Shown here piece by piece: positions 46,789 to 56,616 of a stretch of 64,000 bases of DNA; the first letter of the stretch is position 1; each line of letters starts with the position of its first letter. Under the pieces are notes generated by a model. It worked only from the letters and a program-made list of their open reading frames with translations, did no database searches and was not told where the DNA came from. Source of the stretch: a virus; the IMG/VR virus record IMGVR_UViG_3300042534_000747; one strand, written 5' to 3'. A program made the position numbers and the translations under genes.

Positions 46789-47253
46789 ATGTATTTATTG
46801 TATAAAAGGTTATTGAAAAAAAGGAAATTATTATATATAATGAATGTATTTACTATAATGCAGGTGAATAAAATGCAAGAATTAATGAGTAAAAGAATTA
46901 ATGATTATATAAATGATGAAATTAAAAATATGAAATGTACTATTAAAGGAATTTTTAATTTTGTGAATGATAATGGTGCTATAATAATTAACGATAAAGT
47001 TGCTGTTAAAAGTGATATGAATGATAAATGTGAAAATATTCTTATTGTGAATTATGGAATTACTAATTTTATTATTAAAATAGAAGTTCTTGAAAAAATG
47101 ACTATTGTATACAATGGTAATTTTGGATTAAGAAATATTTATATTGAAGATGAATTTGTGGATAATAATATTGTTATTCTTGATGGATTTGTTGATGCGA
47201 TTAATTTTGCTGAAAAAGAATGTAAAAAATCTGTATATTATTCAAAGGTTTGA
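46789..47253 (+). CDS. hypothetical protein
   Basis: ORF; true start likely MQELMS behind AGGTGA. Confidence 0.6.
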   Translation: MYLLYKRLLKKRKLLYIMNVFTIMQVNKMQELMSKRINDYINDEIKNMKCTIKGIFNFVNDNGAIIINDKVAVKSDMNDKCENILIVNYGITNFIIKIEVLEKMTIVYNGNFGLRNIYIEDEFVDNNIVILDGFVDAINFAEKECKKSVYYSKV

Positions 47254-47713
47254 TTATATGAATGAAAATGATAGATTTAATCATAATTTCGATATTGCAA
47301 AAGTAATTTTTGAAAACATGGGTTATGATATTAAAGGTTATAATCCTAATTGGACAATTGAAAATAATTTTAGTAATGTTGTCATTCAGATAGATGATAT
47401 GTTCATGGAACGATTAGCATTAGGTTTTGGCGCAAATTGGAAACCAAAATTTAATTTGATTGAACATTATATGAAAATATATAATGATGCAAATGATTCA
47501 ATTGCTCTTAATGAACATATGTGTAATTTTTTAGAAAATGAAGATATACCAGAATTTGAAAATAAAGATGATTTGAAAAATGAATTAATTATTGGAATGA
47601 AAGAAACGATTGATAAAAAAGCAAAAATAATCAACAGGTCACGTAAAGCAATTGATTTTTTTAAAGATTACAAAGGAAGTTTCATAATAATTATGTCATA
47701 TTTTAAATATTAA
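47144..47713 (+). CDS. hypothetical protein
   Basis: ORF; true start likely MNENDRF. Confidence 0.6.
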   Translation: MKMNLWIIILLFLMDLLMRLILLKKNVKNLYIIQRFDYMNENDRFNHNFDIAKVIFENMGYDIKGYNPNWTIENNFSNVVIQIDDMFMERLALGFGANWKPKFNLIEHYMKIYNDANDSIALNEHMCNFLENEDIPEFENKDDLKNELIIGMKETIDKKAKIINRSRKAIDFFKDYKGSFIIIMSYFKY

Positions 47714-47718
47714 AAAAG

Positions 47719-48057
47719 TTAAATTTTAAAATTGTTGGAAGTTGATTCTTTTTCATCATCATCAAAGTTTAAAATGATATCTTGATATGAAGGTATTTTT
47801 TCATTCTTGAATGATGAATTTATTTCTTTATTATCTTCATGTAGTTCTAACCATATTACATTTTTTATATGTTCATTTTTATTTTCATCAGAAATAATTA
47901 CTACACTTGAAACATAATAAGGATTATTTGGAACTGTTTTTATAAAACCTACAATAACTCCTTTTGAAATAGGTTCAAGTGTAGTTAGACATTTATCATG
48001 TTTTTCAGTTGTTTTTACAATGTTGCCTTTTTCAAATTTTCTTATTTTTTTTATCAT
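47719..48057 (-). CDS. hypothetical protein
   Basis: 112 aa. Confidence 0.6.
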   Translation of the reverse strand: MIKKIRKFEKGNIVKTTEKHDKCLTTLEPISKGVIVGFIKTVPNNPYYVSSVVIISDENKNEHIKNVIWLELHEDNKEINSSFKNEKIPSYQDIILNFDDDEKESTSNNFKI

Positions 48058-48058
48058 T

Positions 48059-48460
48059 TTAACACCTATAATTTCTAAGCCAATTTTCTAATCCTTCAGA
48101 TTGAATTTCATTGAATAATTCTTCATCTTCTAATACATCAATACCTAAACTATAAGCCATTTTAGACCATTCTTTATATGGTTTTTTATTTGCAATTTTT
48201 TCTTGTTTTATTTTTGAAATTGTGGGAAGTAGATTTGTAAGGAATTTGTATAATCCTGTGTAACATTTTGATTCTATGTTCCATTCCCAAACTACGCCTT
48301 CAGATGTACTATTGCAAGTTCCTGCACAACCTGTAATTACTCTAGTCCAACCTACCATATTGACAATTCTATCATCTTCAAGAATAGCAATCACTCCTAT
48401 TTCAGATTCTTCAAGTTCTTCAGGATAAATAGGTAAACCATATAGTGTTATTGGATTCAT
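48059..48460 (-). CDS. hypothetical protein
   Basis: 133 aa. Confidence 0.65.
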   Translation of the reverse strand: MNPITLYGLPIYPEELEESEIGVIAILEDDRIVNMVGWTRVITGCAGTCNSTSEGVVWEWNIESKCYTGLYKFLTNLLPTISKIKQEKIANKKPYKEWSKMAYSLGIDVLEDEELFNEIQSEGLENWLRNYRC

Positions 48461-48837
48461 GTTGCAATCTCTTCAAGTTCTTTTTCATGTTTTATTTTGA
48501 TGAAAAAACCATATTCATTTGATAAAAAATCAGAATAAAGTTTTTCAAATTGGAGAACGTTTTTTGTATGATTTTCTATGAATATTGGATGAACTATTGT
48601 TTTGTTTTTATTCATATAATTTAATAGTTGATTGGTATATTCATCTCTATATTTATTCAAAGATTTGATATTGTTGAAGATATTAAATAATTTGATAAAT
48701 ATGTACCTTTTACTATCACTTGAAATGCAATTTTCATATTCAGCTTTTAAAGATATGTATGATTGTCTTTCTTCACTCATTTGTCTCAAAATTGTATTAT
48801 AATTTACAATATAATGATTTAGTTCTTCATTTAACAT
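48457..48837 (-). CDS. helical hypothetical protein
   Basis: 126 aa. Confidence 0.6.
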   Translation of the reverse strand: MLNEELNHYIVNYNTILRQMSEERQSYISLKAEYENCISSDSKRYIFIKLFNIFNNIKSLNKYRDEYTNQLLNYMNKNKTIVHPIFIENHTKNVLQFEKLYSDFLSNEYGFFIKIKHEKELEEIAT

Positions 48838-48861
48838 GTTTTTACCTCATATGTGAGTGTA

Positions 48862-49221
48862 TTAAATAATTCCATAAGTATATAAATATAAATGGTTTTC
48901 AGTTATGAATGAATTATAATCTGCAATTGCTTTATTGATTGTAGTTCTGTATTCTGTTGCAATTGATTCAGGGATTAGATTTTCATTTTCATTTATGTAA
49001 TTTAGAAGTTCATTTCCATATTTCAATAGAAATTCGCCTTGATATTTGATAATAGAGTAATCTTTTATGAGAGAATGTATAAGATATCTTGGTGGATTAG
49101 TAAGATTATAATTTGTTTTATCATGGATTTTTTTGCTTGTTAAAAAATTATTTATAGTGACTGTTATATCATCATTTATTGTATTGAAAATTTTTATATA
49201 ATAATATTCAAATTTGTTCAT
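48862..49221 (-). CDS. helical hypothetical protein
   Basis: 119 aa. Confidence 0.6.
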   Translation of the reverse strand: MNKFEYYYIKIFNTINDDITVTINNFLTSKKIHDKTNYNLTNPPRYLIHSLIKDYSIIKYQGEFLLKYGNELLNYINENENLIPESIATEYRTTINKAIADYNSFITENHLYLYTYGII

Positions 49222-49225
49222 TGTT

Positions 49226-49636
49226 TCACCTTTGTGTGTTTATGATTTTTGCAGTTTTGTGAAAAATTGTGTTATTGATTATTTTATTCCATTCTTTGAT
49301 TGATAGTGGAAGTTCATGGTTTTTACTGTATAAGAATTTTTCTATTTGTGGATTGTCATAGAGTCCTTTGCATAGAATGTCATAGCTCTTCAAGATGGAT
49401 TCTTGCCAATACTCATTAGGGTAATTAGTAAGTCCATAGGCAAATATCAAGGCTACATGCTTGCATCCAGACTTGCCCTTATAGAAATGTATTGTGTTCA
49501 GATGATTGCTTACAATGGCGGATTTTAAGCCAAATGCATACATTACAGCAGGGTTATCAGATTGGTCTACATCTACTTCAGGTGAAATATAGATGTTACA
49601 GGTTGAACATTCATAATTTTCTAACATTATGAGCAC
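49226..49636 (-). CDS. Cys/His-containing protein
   Basis: CSTC ... GCKH. Confidence 0.6.
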   Translation of the reverse strand: MLIMLENYECSTCNIYISPEVDVDQSDNPAVMYAFGLKSAIVSNHLNTIHFYKGKSGCKHVALIFAYGLTNYPNEYWQESILKSYDILCKGLYDNPQIEKFLYSKNHELPLSIKEWNKIINNTIFHKTAKIINTQR

Positions 49637-50130
49637 CTGTAAGTAGATGTTTCAATTTCTTCAGAAATTTGATTTATTTCTTTGATTTTTTCACTTGCAA
49701 ATATGTTATATTTTGCAATGTAGTTTTTTATTATTTCATCAATGTAATAAGTGATGTTATCATAAGCTATATTTTTAAATGATTCTGTAAATGCATAATA
49801 AAATTCATAAATATTTTCATAATACATGGTTTCATGCATTTTTGCAAGAAGTGAATATTTATCGAATTTAAGATAAATGTAATACAGTTCTGTGCCATCA
49901 TAGATGAAATTATTTATTTTTTCATCATAAATTATTTTCAAATTTGCTTTTACAATAATTGTGAATTTTATGTTGTTATGGATGGTTGGAATTTCTTCAA
50001 TTATTTGAGTTGTAGTAAAAGATGGTTTACCACATTTTAATAATTCAATTGATTCATCATTTTTTACATAATTCATGAATGCAAGATATGCAGACTGTTC
50101 AGGGTTGAATCTTGGGAATTTTGTTAGCAT
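49627..50130 (-). CDS. hypothetical protein
   Basis: 167 aa. Confidence 0.6.
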   Translation of the reverse strand: MLTKFPRFNPEQSAYLAFMNYVKNDESIELLKCGKPSFTTTQIIEEIPTIHNNIKFTIIVKANLKIIYDEKINNFIYDGTELYYIYLKFDKYSLLAKMHETMYYENIYEFYYAFTESFKNIAYDNITYYIDEIIKNYIAKYNIFASEKIKEINQISEEIETSTYRCS

Positions 50131-50592
50131 TTATAATCCCTTCTTCCAACATACAGTAAGCATTTGTTTGTTTTTGTGATATTCAGTTTCAAAAGAATCA
50201 AGTGTTTTTTCATTGATATTTTTTTCACTTAATAATTTGTGAGTGTAAATATAATCAAGGTTTTCTGATTCAATTATATGAAGTATTGAAAGTATATTAT
50301 CCCTTATCATTGAAACTATGTTTGGGGGTAGAAGTGAAAGAGTTCCATCTATGAAATCATCTCCATCTCTGAAACTGTATTTTTTTACTTCTGTATAATG
50401 AACTTTGTTTTCTATTCTAATTGTAAAAGTACCTTTATCATTTTTGAAAACAATAAGTGCATCAGCACCATATCTGAATACGTTTATTTCATTGGATTTG
50501 AATTTATAGCCAATTACTTGAAATTTTTCATCAAATACTTTGCAATCTTCAAAAATGGAAATCATTTTATTTCTGAATTGATGGGTAAACAT
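50131..50592 (-). CDS. divergent member of P[YF]W paralog family
   Basis: DGTLSLLPPNIVSMIRDNILSILHIIE; ends VCWKKGL. Confidence 0.65.
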   Translation of the reverse strand: MFTHQFRNKMISIFEDCKVFDEKFQVIGYKFKSNEINVFRYGADALIVFKNDKGTFTIRIENKVHYTEVKKYSFRDGDDFIDGTLSLLPPNIVSMIRDNILSILHIIESENLDYIYTHKLLSEKNINEKTLDSFETEYHKNKQMLTVCWKKGL

Positions 50593-50597
50593 TTTTT

Positions 50598-50640
50598 AAC
50601 ACCTACAAGGTAATAGTAGGTGTTCATAGTATAAATAAGT
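50598..50640 (-). promoter_or_regulatory. promoter/palindrome/SD cassette
   Basis: AACACCTAC-N9-GTAGGTGTT. Confidence 0.75.
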
Positions 50641-50650
50641 ATTGAAAAAA

Positions 50651-51223
50651 TTAACAGAAAAAACCCTTTTTTATAGGGATGATTTCTGTAAAGTTGTAGT
50701 TTGAAATTGCTTTCATCGTTGTTGTTATATTGCAATTATCGTTATTATGCCAAATTATAGTATTTGGTGATATAAAAGATGGAGTTATTTCTTTTGGTTT
50801 ATTGATTATACTTCTATTTTTAGTTGTTGAATTTGAAGTATAATATTTGGTATCTTTATTGAGAGTTACAGGGGTGTTATTGTATTGTCCTCTATATTTA
50901 ATTCCATTTATATTTATATACCATGTGCATATTTTGATGTATTTTTCCCTTTTTGACATTTGTTTATGTCTTGGGATAGCTAGTGTACTATCTAGCATGG
51001 CAGTTAGTAAATACCAGTCATTTAATTCATTATCTTTCTTTTTTAGAATTAATGAAATATTATATCTTTCCAATATTACTTTGATGGTGTTTACAAAATG
51101 ATTTTCTTTAATTAATAATTCAGGCTTTAAATCATTTAGTTTGTATAATATTTCATCTATATCTCTTGCATTTAGACGTTGTTTGAATCTATGAATAGCA
51201 TGTTCTGTTATTTCAATGTCCAT
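50651..51223 (-). CDS. protein with N-terminal TEHAIHRFKQR motif (DUF4258/RelE-like)
   Basis: motif only. Confidence 0.5.
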   Translation of the reverse strand: MDIEITEHAIHRFKQRLNARDIDEILYKLNDLKPELLIKENHFVNTIKVILERYNISLILKKKDNELNDWYLLTAMLDSTLAIPRHKQMSKREKYIKICTWYININGIKYRGQYNNTPVTLNKDTKYYTSNSTTKNRSIINKPKEITPSFISPNTIIWHNNDNCNITTTMKAISNYNFTEIIPIKKGFFC

Positions 51224-51724
51224 TTATACATCACCATTGATGAGTATTTTTACATCTTCTAGATTAATGAATTCTTTAAGTCTGTCAAATGTGAATCCAT
51301 TTTCATATTTATAATTCTGTGAAAACTTATTTTTGAAAATACATGCATTGTCCAAATCATAAAGGAAATAATTATATGCTTTTTTTGCAGAAGTGGCATT
51401 ATATTCATTTATTGATGTTATTAGAGTTTTATAGACAAAATCATCTCTATATGCTATTCGAGTTCCAAAAGGCATTAATTTGTTTTTGTTTACCATTGTT
51501 AAATTAAGATGGAATGTTTCATTGAGGTCTTTTAAGAAAATTTTATCAGGCAATGTCATTAAAGGTGTGAGTAGATTTGTTGTTAGATTAAGAAGGCAAT
51601 ATTTATCAGCAGCAGGAGTTGGATTTGATTCTTGCAAAAATTTATATTCATAATGGTTGTTTGAAAGAATGTCTCCTACTTGAATGGGTGTTTTTTCAGG
51701 TGAAAAATATTCATTAAGATTCAT
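51224..51724 (-). CDS. hypothetical protein
   Basis: 166 aa. Confidence 0.65.
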   Translation of the reverse strand: MNLNEYFSPEKTPIQVGDILSNNHYEYKFLQESNPTPAADKYCLLNLTTNLLTPLMTLPDKIFLKDLNETFHLNLTMVNKNKLMPFGTRIAYRDDFVYKTLITSINEYNATSAKKAYNYFLYDLDNACIFKNKFSQNYKYENGFTFDRLKEFINLEDVKILINGDV

Positions 51725-51730
51725 TGTTCA

Positions 51731-52159
51731 TCACATCCAGTAGGGTTTTACTTTTTTATCAAGTGTTACATTATTCATAAATTTAATTAAGTCAGGATTT
51801 GGTTCTTTTTTGGATTTTGGGATGAAATAATAAAATGTTTTTTCATAACTAAGATGTGAAGTTTCAATTTCATTAATTACATTGAGAATTGTAGATTTAA
51901 TTTCTTTTTTCATACTCTTTTTAATGTTTTTTGGTGTTCCTTCTACAGCTAATAAGCCTTCACGATACCAATATACAATCATATCAAGAGTTTTACCATT
52001 GAAAGCTATTCCACAACTCATTTTTTCTGTTATTACAGCAATTTGATATTCATCAAAACACATTGCAATTTCAATTGTGCATTTTCCTTCAGTGGTTGAG
52101 TATTCAATTTCTGTATAATCATTTGTTACTAATTTTGCCATTTGGTTTTTAAATTTCAT
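51731..52159 (-). CDS. P[YF]W paralog family
   Basis: ends KPYWM. Confidence 0.75.
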   Translation of the reverse strand: MKFKNQMAKLVTNDYTEIEYSTTEGKCTIEIAMCFDEYQIAVITEKMSCGIAFNGKTLDMIVYWYREGLLAVEGTPKNIKKSMKKEIKSTILNVINEIETSHLSYEKTFYYFIPKSKKEPNPDLIKFMNNVTLDKKVKPYWM

Positions 52160-52160
52160 G

Positions 52161-52190
52161 TTAATTACTCCAATAAGGGATTATTTCAAT
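52161..52190 (-). pseudogene. orphan 3' remnant of a P[YF]W paralog
   Basis: reads IEIIPYWSN*; near-identical to the 3' end of 55008..55625. Confidence 0.6.
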
Positions 52191-52199
52191 TTTTATTCA

Positions 52200-52616
52200 T
52201 CATATCCAGTAGGGTTTTTCAGTATTGATTTCTTTATAGTTGTTTATATGAGTGGAATTTAAGCCATATAGAGCATCATGAAGGTCTGTTGATGATACAG
52301 TGTATGTATTGTAGTCATTTTCAACTGAACTTATAATGGAAAGTATGTTTAGTTCAATTTTTGTGATTAGTTCATTTTTCAATTGGGTTGAATTTCCAGC
52401 AGCATTATTTTTTGAATCTTCATACCAATATTGCATTATTTCAATATCTTTAGTTGAAAATTGAATACCATATGTTGTGTTATTTGATTTTGCAATAATA
52501 GATATTGAATATGGAAATTTATTAATTTTTAAACTTGTGTTTTCAGATTTGTATAAGCAAGCTTCACTTTTGTCATATTCAATTAATTTTCTAAGTTGTT
52601 CTTTAAATTCATTCAT
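52200..52616 (-). CDS. P[YF]W paralog family
   Basis: ends KPYWI. Confidence 0.75.
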   Translation of the reverse strand: MNEFKEQLRKLIEYDKSEACLYKSENTSLKINKFPYSISIIAKSNNTTYGIQFSTKDIEIMQYWYEDSKNNAAGNSTQLKNELITKIELNILSIISSVENDYNTYTVSSTDLHDALYGLNSTHINNYKEINTEKPYWI

Positions 52617-52621
52617 TGTTT

Positions 52622-53062
52622 TTACATCCAGTAGGGTTTAAGGTTATCTTCTTCTTCTTTAAAATCTTCTACAAATTTTTGTAAATGTATCTCGTCTGCT
52701 TCATCATAATTAAATCTATAAAAATAATTGAATGTTGCATCATAGTATAGGTGCTTATTTTCAATTGCATTGAGGGTTTTTAAAATTGATTTTTTAATAT
52801 GGTTTATTACGGACTTTTTAAGATGTTCTTTACTGCCTTTGACTTCAATAGAAGTATGGTTAAACCAATATTTTGTTATTGTTTTAGTTTCGATATCAAT
52901 TTCAACACCATAATATATTGAATTGATTTTGGCATTAACTACAAAATTGATTGGATATTTAAGAATTTCAAAGCTGTAATCATCATAAGTAGTTTCATAA
53001 TAAATGTGCTCATATCTATCATTTTCAATGAGTTTTAGCATTTGTTTTTTAAAATTTTTCAT
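52622..53062 (-). CDS. P[YF]W paralog family
   Basis: ends KPYWM. Confidence 0.75.
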   Translation of the reverse strand: MKNFKKQMLKLIENDRYEHIYYETTYDDYSFEILKYPINFVVNAKINSIYYGVEIDIETKTITKYWFNHTSIEVKGSKEHLKKSVINHIKKSILKTLNAIENKHLYYDATFNYFYRFNYDEADEIHLQKFVEDFKEEEDNLKPYWM

Positions 53063-53134
53063 TTTTTACCTCATGTGTGAGTAATACAATATATGGTTAT
53101 TCTAATATTTAAATGTTTGTTAAAAAAGAAAAAA

Positions 53135-53593
53135 TTAATGGGATTCTATGGAGGTAATTGATTCATTTATTACATTTATAGAATTTTCAATATCATGTTT
53201 TTGTATTAAAAGTTTTTTTACTATGTCTTTTTTTACATTTTTTATGATATATTCAGTTGTTAAAAGATTGGCATGTGCATGATTTTCTACAAATATATTT
53301 TTTGAATTATTGATTCTATAACTGAGTGAATATTCTCTAATTCCATTTGAATAGAATTCTTTTGTTTCAAAATTATATTTGTATGCAATTACCGATTCTA
53401 TTAAAATATCGACAGACATATTACCGAATTGTTCAGTAAAAGTTATCATATTTTCATACATATACAATTGTTTTTTAAAGCCATTTATGAGAAAACTTAA
53501 AGTAAATGAACTTATATGTTTATTTGCAATTTTTTCTTTTACAATTTTATCATAATCGCTATTTTCAAGTATTTCTTTAATTTCTGAATTCAT
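53135..53593 (-). CDS. hypothetical protein
   Basis: 152 aa; starts MNSEI like 53672 gene; cassette at 53599-53665. Confidence 0.65.
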   Translation of the reverse strand: MNSEIKEILENSDYDKIVKEKIANKHISSFTLSFLINGFKKQLYMYENMITFTEQFGNMSVDILIESVIAYKYNFETKEFYSNGIREYSLSYRINNSKNIFVENHAHANLLTTEYIIKNVKKDIVKKLLIQKHDIENSINVINESITSIESH

Positions 53594-53671
53594 TGTAATT
53601 CACCTACAATGAAGTAGTAGGGTGTTATTGTATTTAAGTGTTTGTTAAAAAAAGGAAATTAAAAAGGTTGT

Positions 53672-54115
53672 TTAAATTACCCAATAAGGAATTATTGTGC
53701 TATGTTTTATTATGGAATTAGAATATGCTTGCATTGTGTTTTTAGTATCTTGATTGATGTCATTTGAACTAGAATATTCTAAAATAGTATCAACTATTTT
53801 GTTAACGTTAAGTCCATGAGTATCTATAAGATTTTTTGTATCAAGGATTATTTTTTCAATGAGAGAAATAATTTCAGGATTAATTAATGAAGGGTTTCCT
53901 TCAGCGTGAATAGGGTATTTTTGGCATTCTACTCTGATGTATTCAAGATTGTTTGACCAAATACTTACATAACATTTGTTTTCTTCAATTATTTCAATTG
54001 ATTTGAATGATGGAGAAAAATGTAATGTTTTAAATTGAAGAGAGGGATTTTCATTTATGAAGTATGTATGACTTTCTGACATTTTGTTAAATAAATTTAT
54101 AATTTCTGAATTCAT
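53672..54115 (-). CDS. P[YF]W paralog family
   Basis: ends IPYWVI; cassette at 54121-54175. Confidence 0.75.
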   Translation of the reverse strand: MNSEIINLFNKMSESHTYFINENPSLQFKTLHFSPSFKSIEIIEENKCYVSIWSNNLEYIRVECQKYPIHAEGNPSLINPEIISLIEKIILDTKNLIDTHGLNVNKIVDTILEYSSSNDINQDTKNTMQAYSNSIIKHSTIIPYWVI

Positions 54116-54186
54116 TTTGATTACCTGTAAGGTAGTAGTAGGTGTTTATGATATATAAATGATTGTAAAAAAAAGAATGAATGAAA

Positions 54187-54486
54187 TTAATATCCATAAT
54201 AAATAAGTATCATTAAAAATATTAATGCAGATATTATGAAATTAATTAAATCAAAATTTGAAGATGGTATGTTATTTTCTGGTTTATTTTCTTTAGATTT
54301 AATTAACATAGCATTGTATGAAAAATCCATTCCTACTAATATGATATTTATTAGCATATAAATTGAAACAAGGATAATTGTAATTATTGGTAATATTTTA
54401 AAAGTAAAATTATTTATTAATATTACAAATGAAAAGATTATCAATATCAATGTTATTACTTGATTAAATGTTTTATAATAATTCAT
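54187..54486 (-). CDS. small 3-TM protein
   Basis: hydrophobic pattern. Confidence 0.6.
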   Translation of the reverse strand: MNYYKTFNQVITLILIIFSFVILINNFTFKILPIITIILVSIYMLINIILVGMDFSYNAMLIKSKENKPENNIPSSNFDLINFIISALIFLMILIYYGY

Positions 54487-54589
54487 TTTTTATACCTATT
54501 TTTATATTGCCAATATAATGATATTATGTTAAAGTATTTAAGTATATTGATAAAAAGGAAATTATAATGTTTCATAATGGTATAAAAAA

Positions 54590-55006
54590 TTAAATCCAGA
54601 AAGGTGTTAGCTTTCCAGATTCTTTGAAGGATGATTCAAGGGTTTGGAGGTCTGTTTTGTTATTGAATCCATTTGCAAATTCAAGGGAGTGTTCATAATT
54701 GAGTGGTTCTTTTTCAATATGGTTGATTATTGAAAGGATTGACTTTTTAATCACTTTTAGGGATTTAGGATTATAGCATTCTGGTGAGCCAGTACCATTA
54801 TATTCTAATGTAGATATATCAAATGTTATTGTAATACCTGCTTCAGTGAACATTTCAAATGTTGTTTTTTCATTTGAAAATTTCCACATTGGATTATCAT
54901 GTATATCATAAACTCTCATATTATATTTTTTATCTTCAGATTGATAAGATATATCATCATATGGAGATTTTGATATGATGTCTGATATAATTTCATCAAA
55001 TTTCAT
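54590..55006 (-). CDS. P[YF]W paralog family
   Basis: ends TPFWI. Confidence 0.75.
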   Translation of the reverse strand: MKFDEIISDIISKSPYDDISYQSEDKKYNMRVYDIHDNPMWKFSNEKTTFEMFTEAGITITFDISTLEYNGTGSPECYNPKSLKVIKKSILSIINHIEKEPLNYEHSLEFANGFNNKTDLQTLESSFKESGKLTPFWI

Positions 55007-55007
55007 T

Positions 55008-55625
55008 TTACTTACTCCAATAAGGGATTATTTCATTAATTTTTTTGTCATTGAGCATTGTTTCAATTTCTGAAATTTTGTCATTGATTATGGCATTGTC
55101 TTGTGAATTATGAATAATGATAGCACGTTTTAAAGTTTTTACATGATGCATTATTGTTTCATCTTCAGGTACAATATCATTAAGCATTGATTCTATTACA
55201 GATTCATATTTTCTTATTAGTTCAGTATCAATTGATTTTTGAATATATACACATCTAGCTAAAAGACTAATTTTTGACATTATGGTTCTAATTGATACTA
55301 TTCCATTTATATCTATGAGATTTTTAAATTCTGTAATTTTATCAAGTACATAATAATAAATTTCATCTGTGGTGAAGCATGTACTTCCTTCATAATATTT
55401 TCCATCTTTTATATAACGAATTTTTTGCACTTCATTGTTATGTATTAGTATTTCACATCCATAATCAGATTCATTATCAGCCATTTCAAAGCTAACCCAA
55501 TCATTTTCTTGACCTGATACATAAGTGCTAAACCAACATTCATTGAAGCCTTTAATGTAATAGTGATAGCTTTCTTTTGTTATATTTGCAAGAGCTATAA
55601 TTTCATCTAGTTTTTTATCATTCAT
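55008..55625 (-). CDS. P[YF]W paralog family (long variant)
   Basis: ends IPYWSK. Confidence 0.75.
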   Translation of the reverse strand: MNDKKLDEIIALANITKESYHYYIKGFNECWFSTYVSGQENDWVSFEMADNESDYGCEILIHNNEVQKIRYIKDGKYYEGSTCFTTDEIYYYVLDKITEFKNLIDINGIVSIRTIMSKISLLARCVYIQKSIDTELIRKYESVIESMLNDIVPEDETIMHHVKTLKRAIIIHNSQDNAIINDKISEIETMLNDKKINEIIPYWSK

Positions 55626-55629
55626 TTAA

Positions 55630-56067
55630 TCAAATCCAGAAGGGTATTAAACAATTATGTTTTTTGTATGTTTCTTCAAGTTCAAGAATTTTATCTGGTT
55701 GTTGATAAGCTTTTAGATATTCATATGTATGTGCAAAGTCAAGATTATTATTTGGATTTTCAAATATTTCAATTACTTCTAAGATTGAATTGATAATTTT
55801 TTCAATGTATTCAGGTTTAAAAGCATTCATAGTTCCTTCACTGCAATATGTTGACCAATCACAGTATTCAAAATTTTGCAATTCTCTATTTTTAATTGAT
55901 ACTGCATATTTTATTTTATCAATTTGCACTTCAATACGTGAATTATAACTAAATCGTATGTAGTAATCTTGATTCAATATTTTATAAGAAATGTAGTCAT
56001 ATTTTGATTTTTCAAGTATGTTCAATATTCTTGTTTTGAATTGTTCAATGTTCATTATTTCACCCAA
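55630..56067 (-). CDS. P[YF]W paralog family
   Basis: ends IPFWI. Confidence 0.75.
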   Translation of the reverse strand: MGEIMNIEQFKTRILNILEKSKYDYISYKILNQDYYIRFSYNSRIEVQIDKIKYAVSIKNRELQNFEYCDWSTYCSEGTMNAFKPEYIEKIINSILEVIEIFENPNNNLDFAHTYEYLKAYQQPDKILELEETYKKHNCLIPFWI

Positions 56068-56573
56068 TAAGGAATTATTTTTTTGTTAAGGTTTATATCA
56101 TCAATTAGTGATTCTAATGTTTTTGAAAGTTTGTTATAATTTACAATTTGGCATTCTGTAAATTCATTAGTAATATTATTAATTTTGTTCCATGCAATAG
56201 TATAATTTATATCTGACATATCATGATTGATTCTTTTAAGAGTTTTACTAATGTTAATTTCTTCAGATTCAATGTTTAAAGTGGTTTTGATGATTGTTTC
56301 CATTATTTCTTTAATTACTATGGGATTACAAATATTATAATCACCTTCAAAATAAATATCATTTTGAATTATTCTTGCAATTGTAAAATTATTGTCTTTC
56401 ATGTTTAAGGAACAATTTAATTCATTTGTTTTATCAACAATTTCAATGTATTTGGTATTGTCTTTAGAATAAGTTCCATAATAGATACCTGAATTTGAGT
56501 AATAATTGTATTCTGCATCTGTTTTGTCAAAAAGGTCACGTATTTTAGATTTTATTTCATTCATTAATTTCAC
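56055..56573 (-). CDS. P[YF]W paralog family
   Basis: ends IPYWVK. Confidence 0.75.
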   Translation of the reverse strand: MKLMNEIKSKIRDLFDKTDAEYNYYSNSGIYYGTYSKDNTKYIEIVDKTNELNCSLNMKDNNFTIARIIQNDIYFEGDYNICNPIVIKEIMETIIKTTLNIESEEINISKTLKRINHDMSDINYTIAWNKINNITNEFTECQIVNYNKLSKTLESLIDDINLNKKIIPYWVK

Positions 56574-56616
56574 CTAAATGAGTATTTTACATTACAATAA
56601 ATGGTAAGTATAGTAT

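Noticed and set aside
50131-56573. Diversity-generating retroelement behind the paralog array
   Set aside because: No reverse transcriptase seen and no TR/VR pair with adenine-specific differences; divergence is spread across the whole genes.
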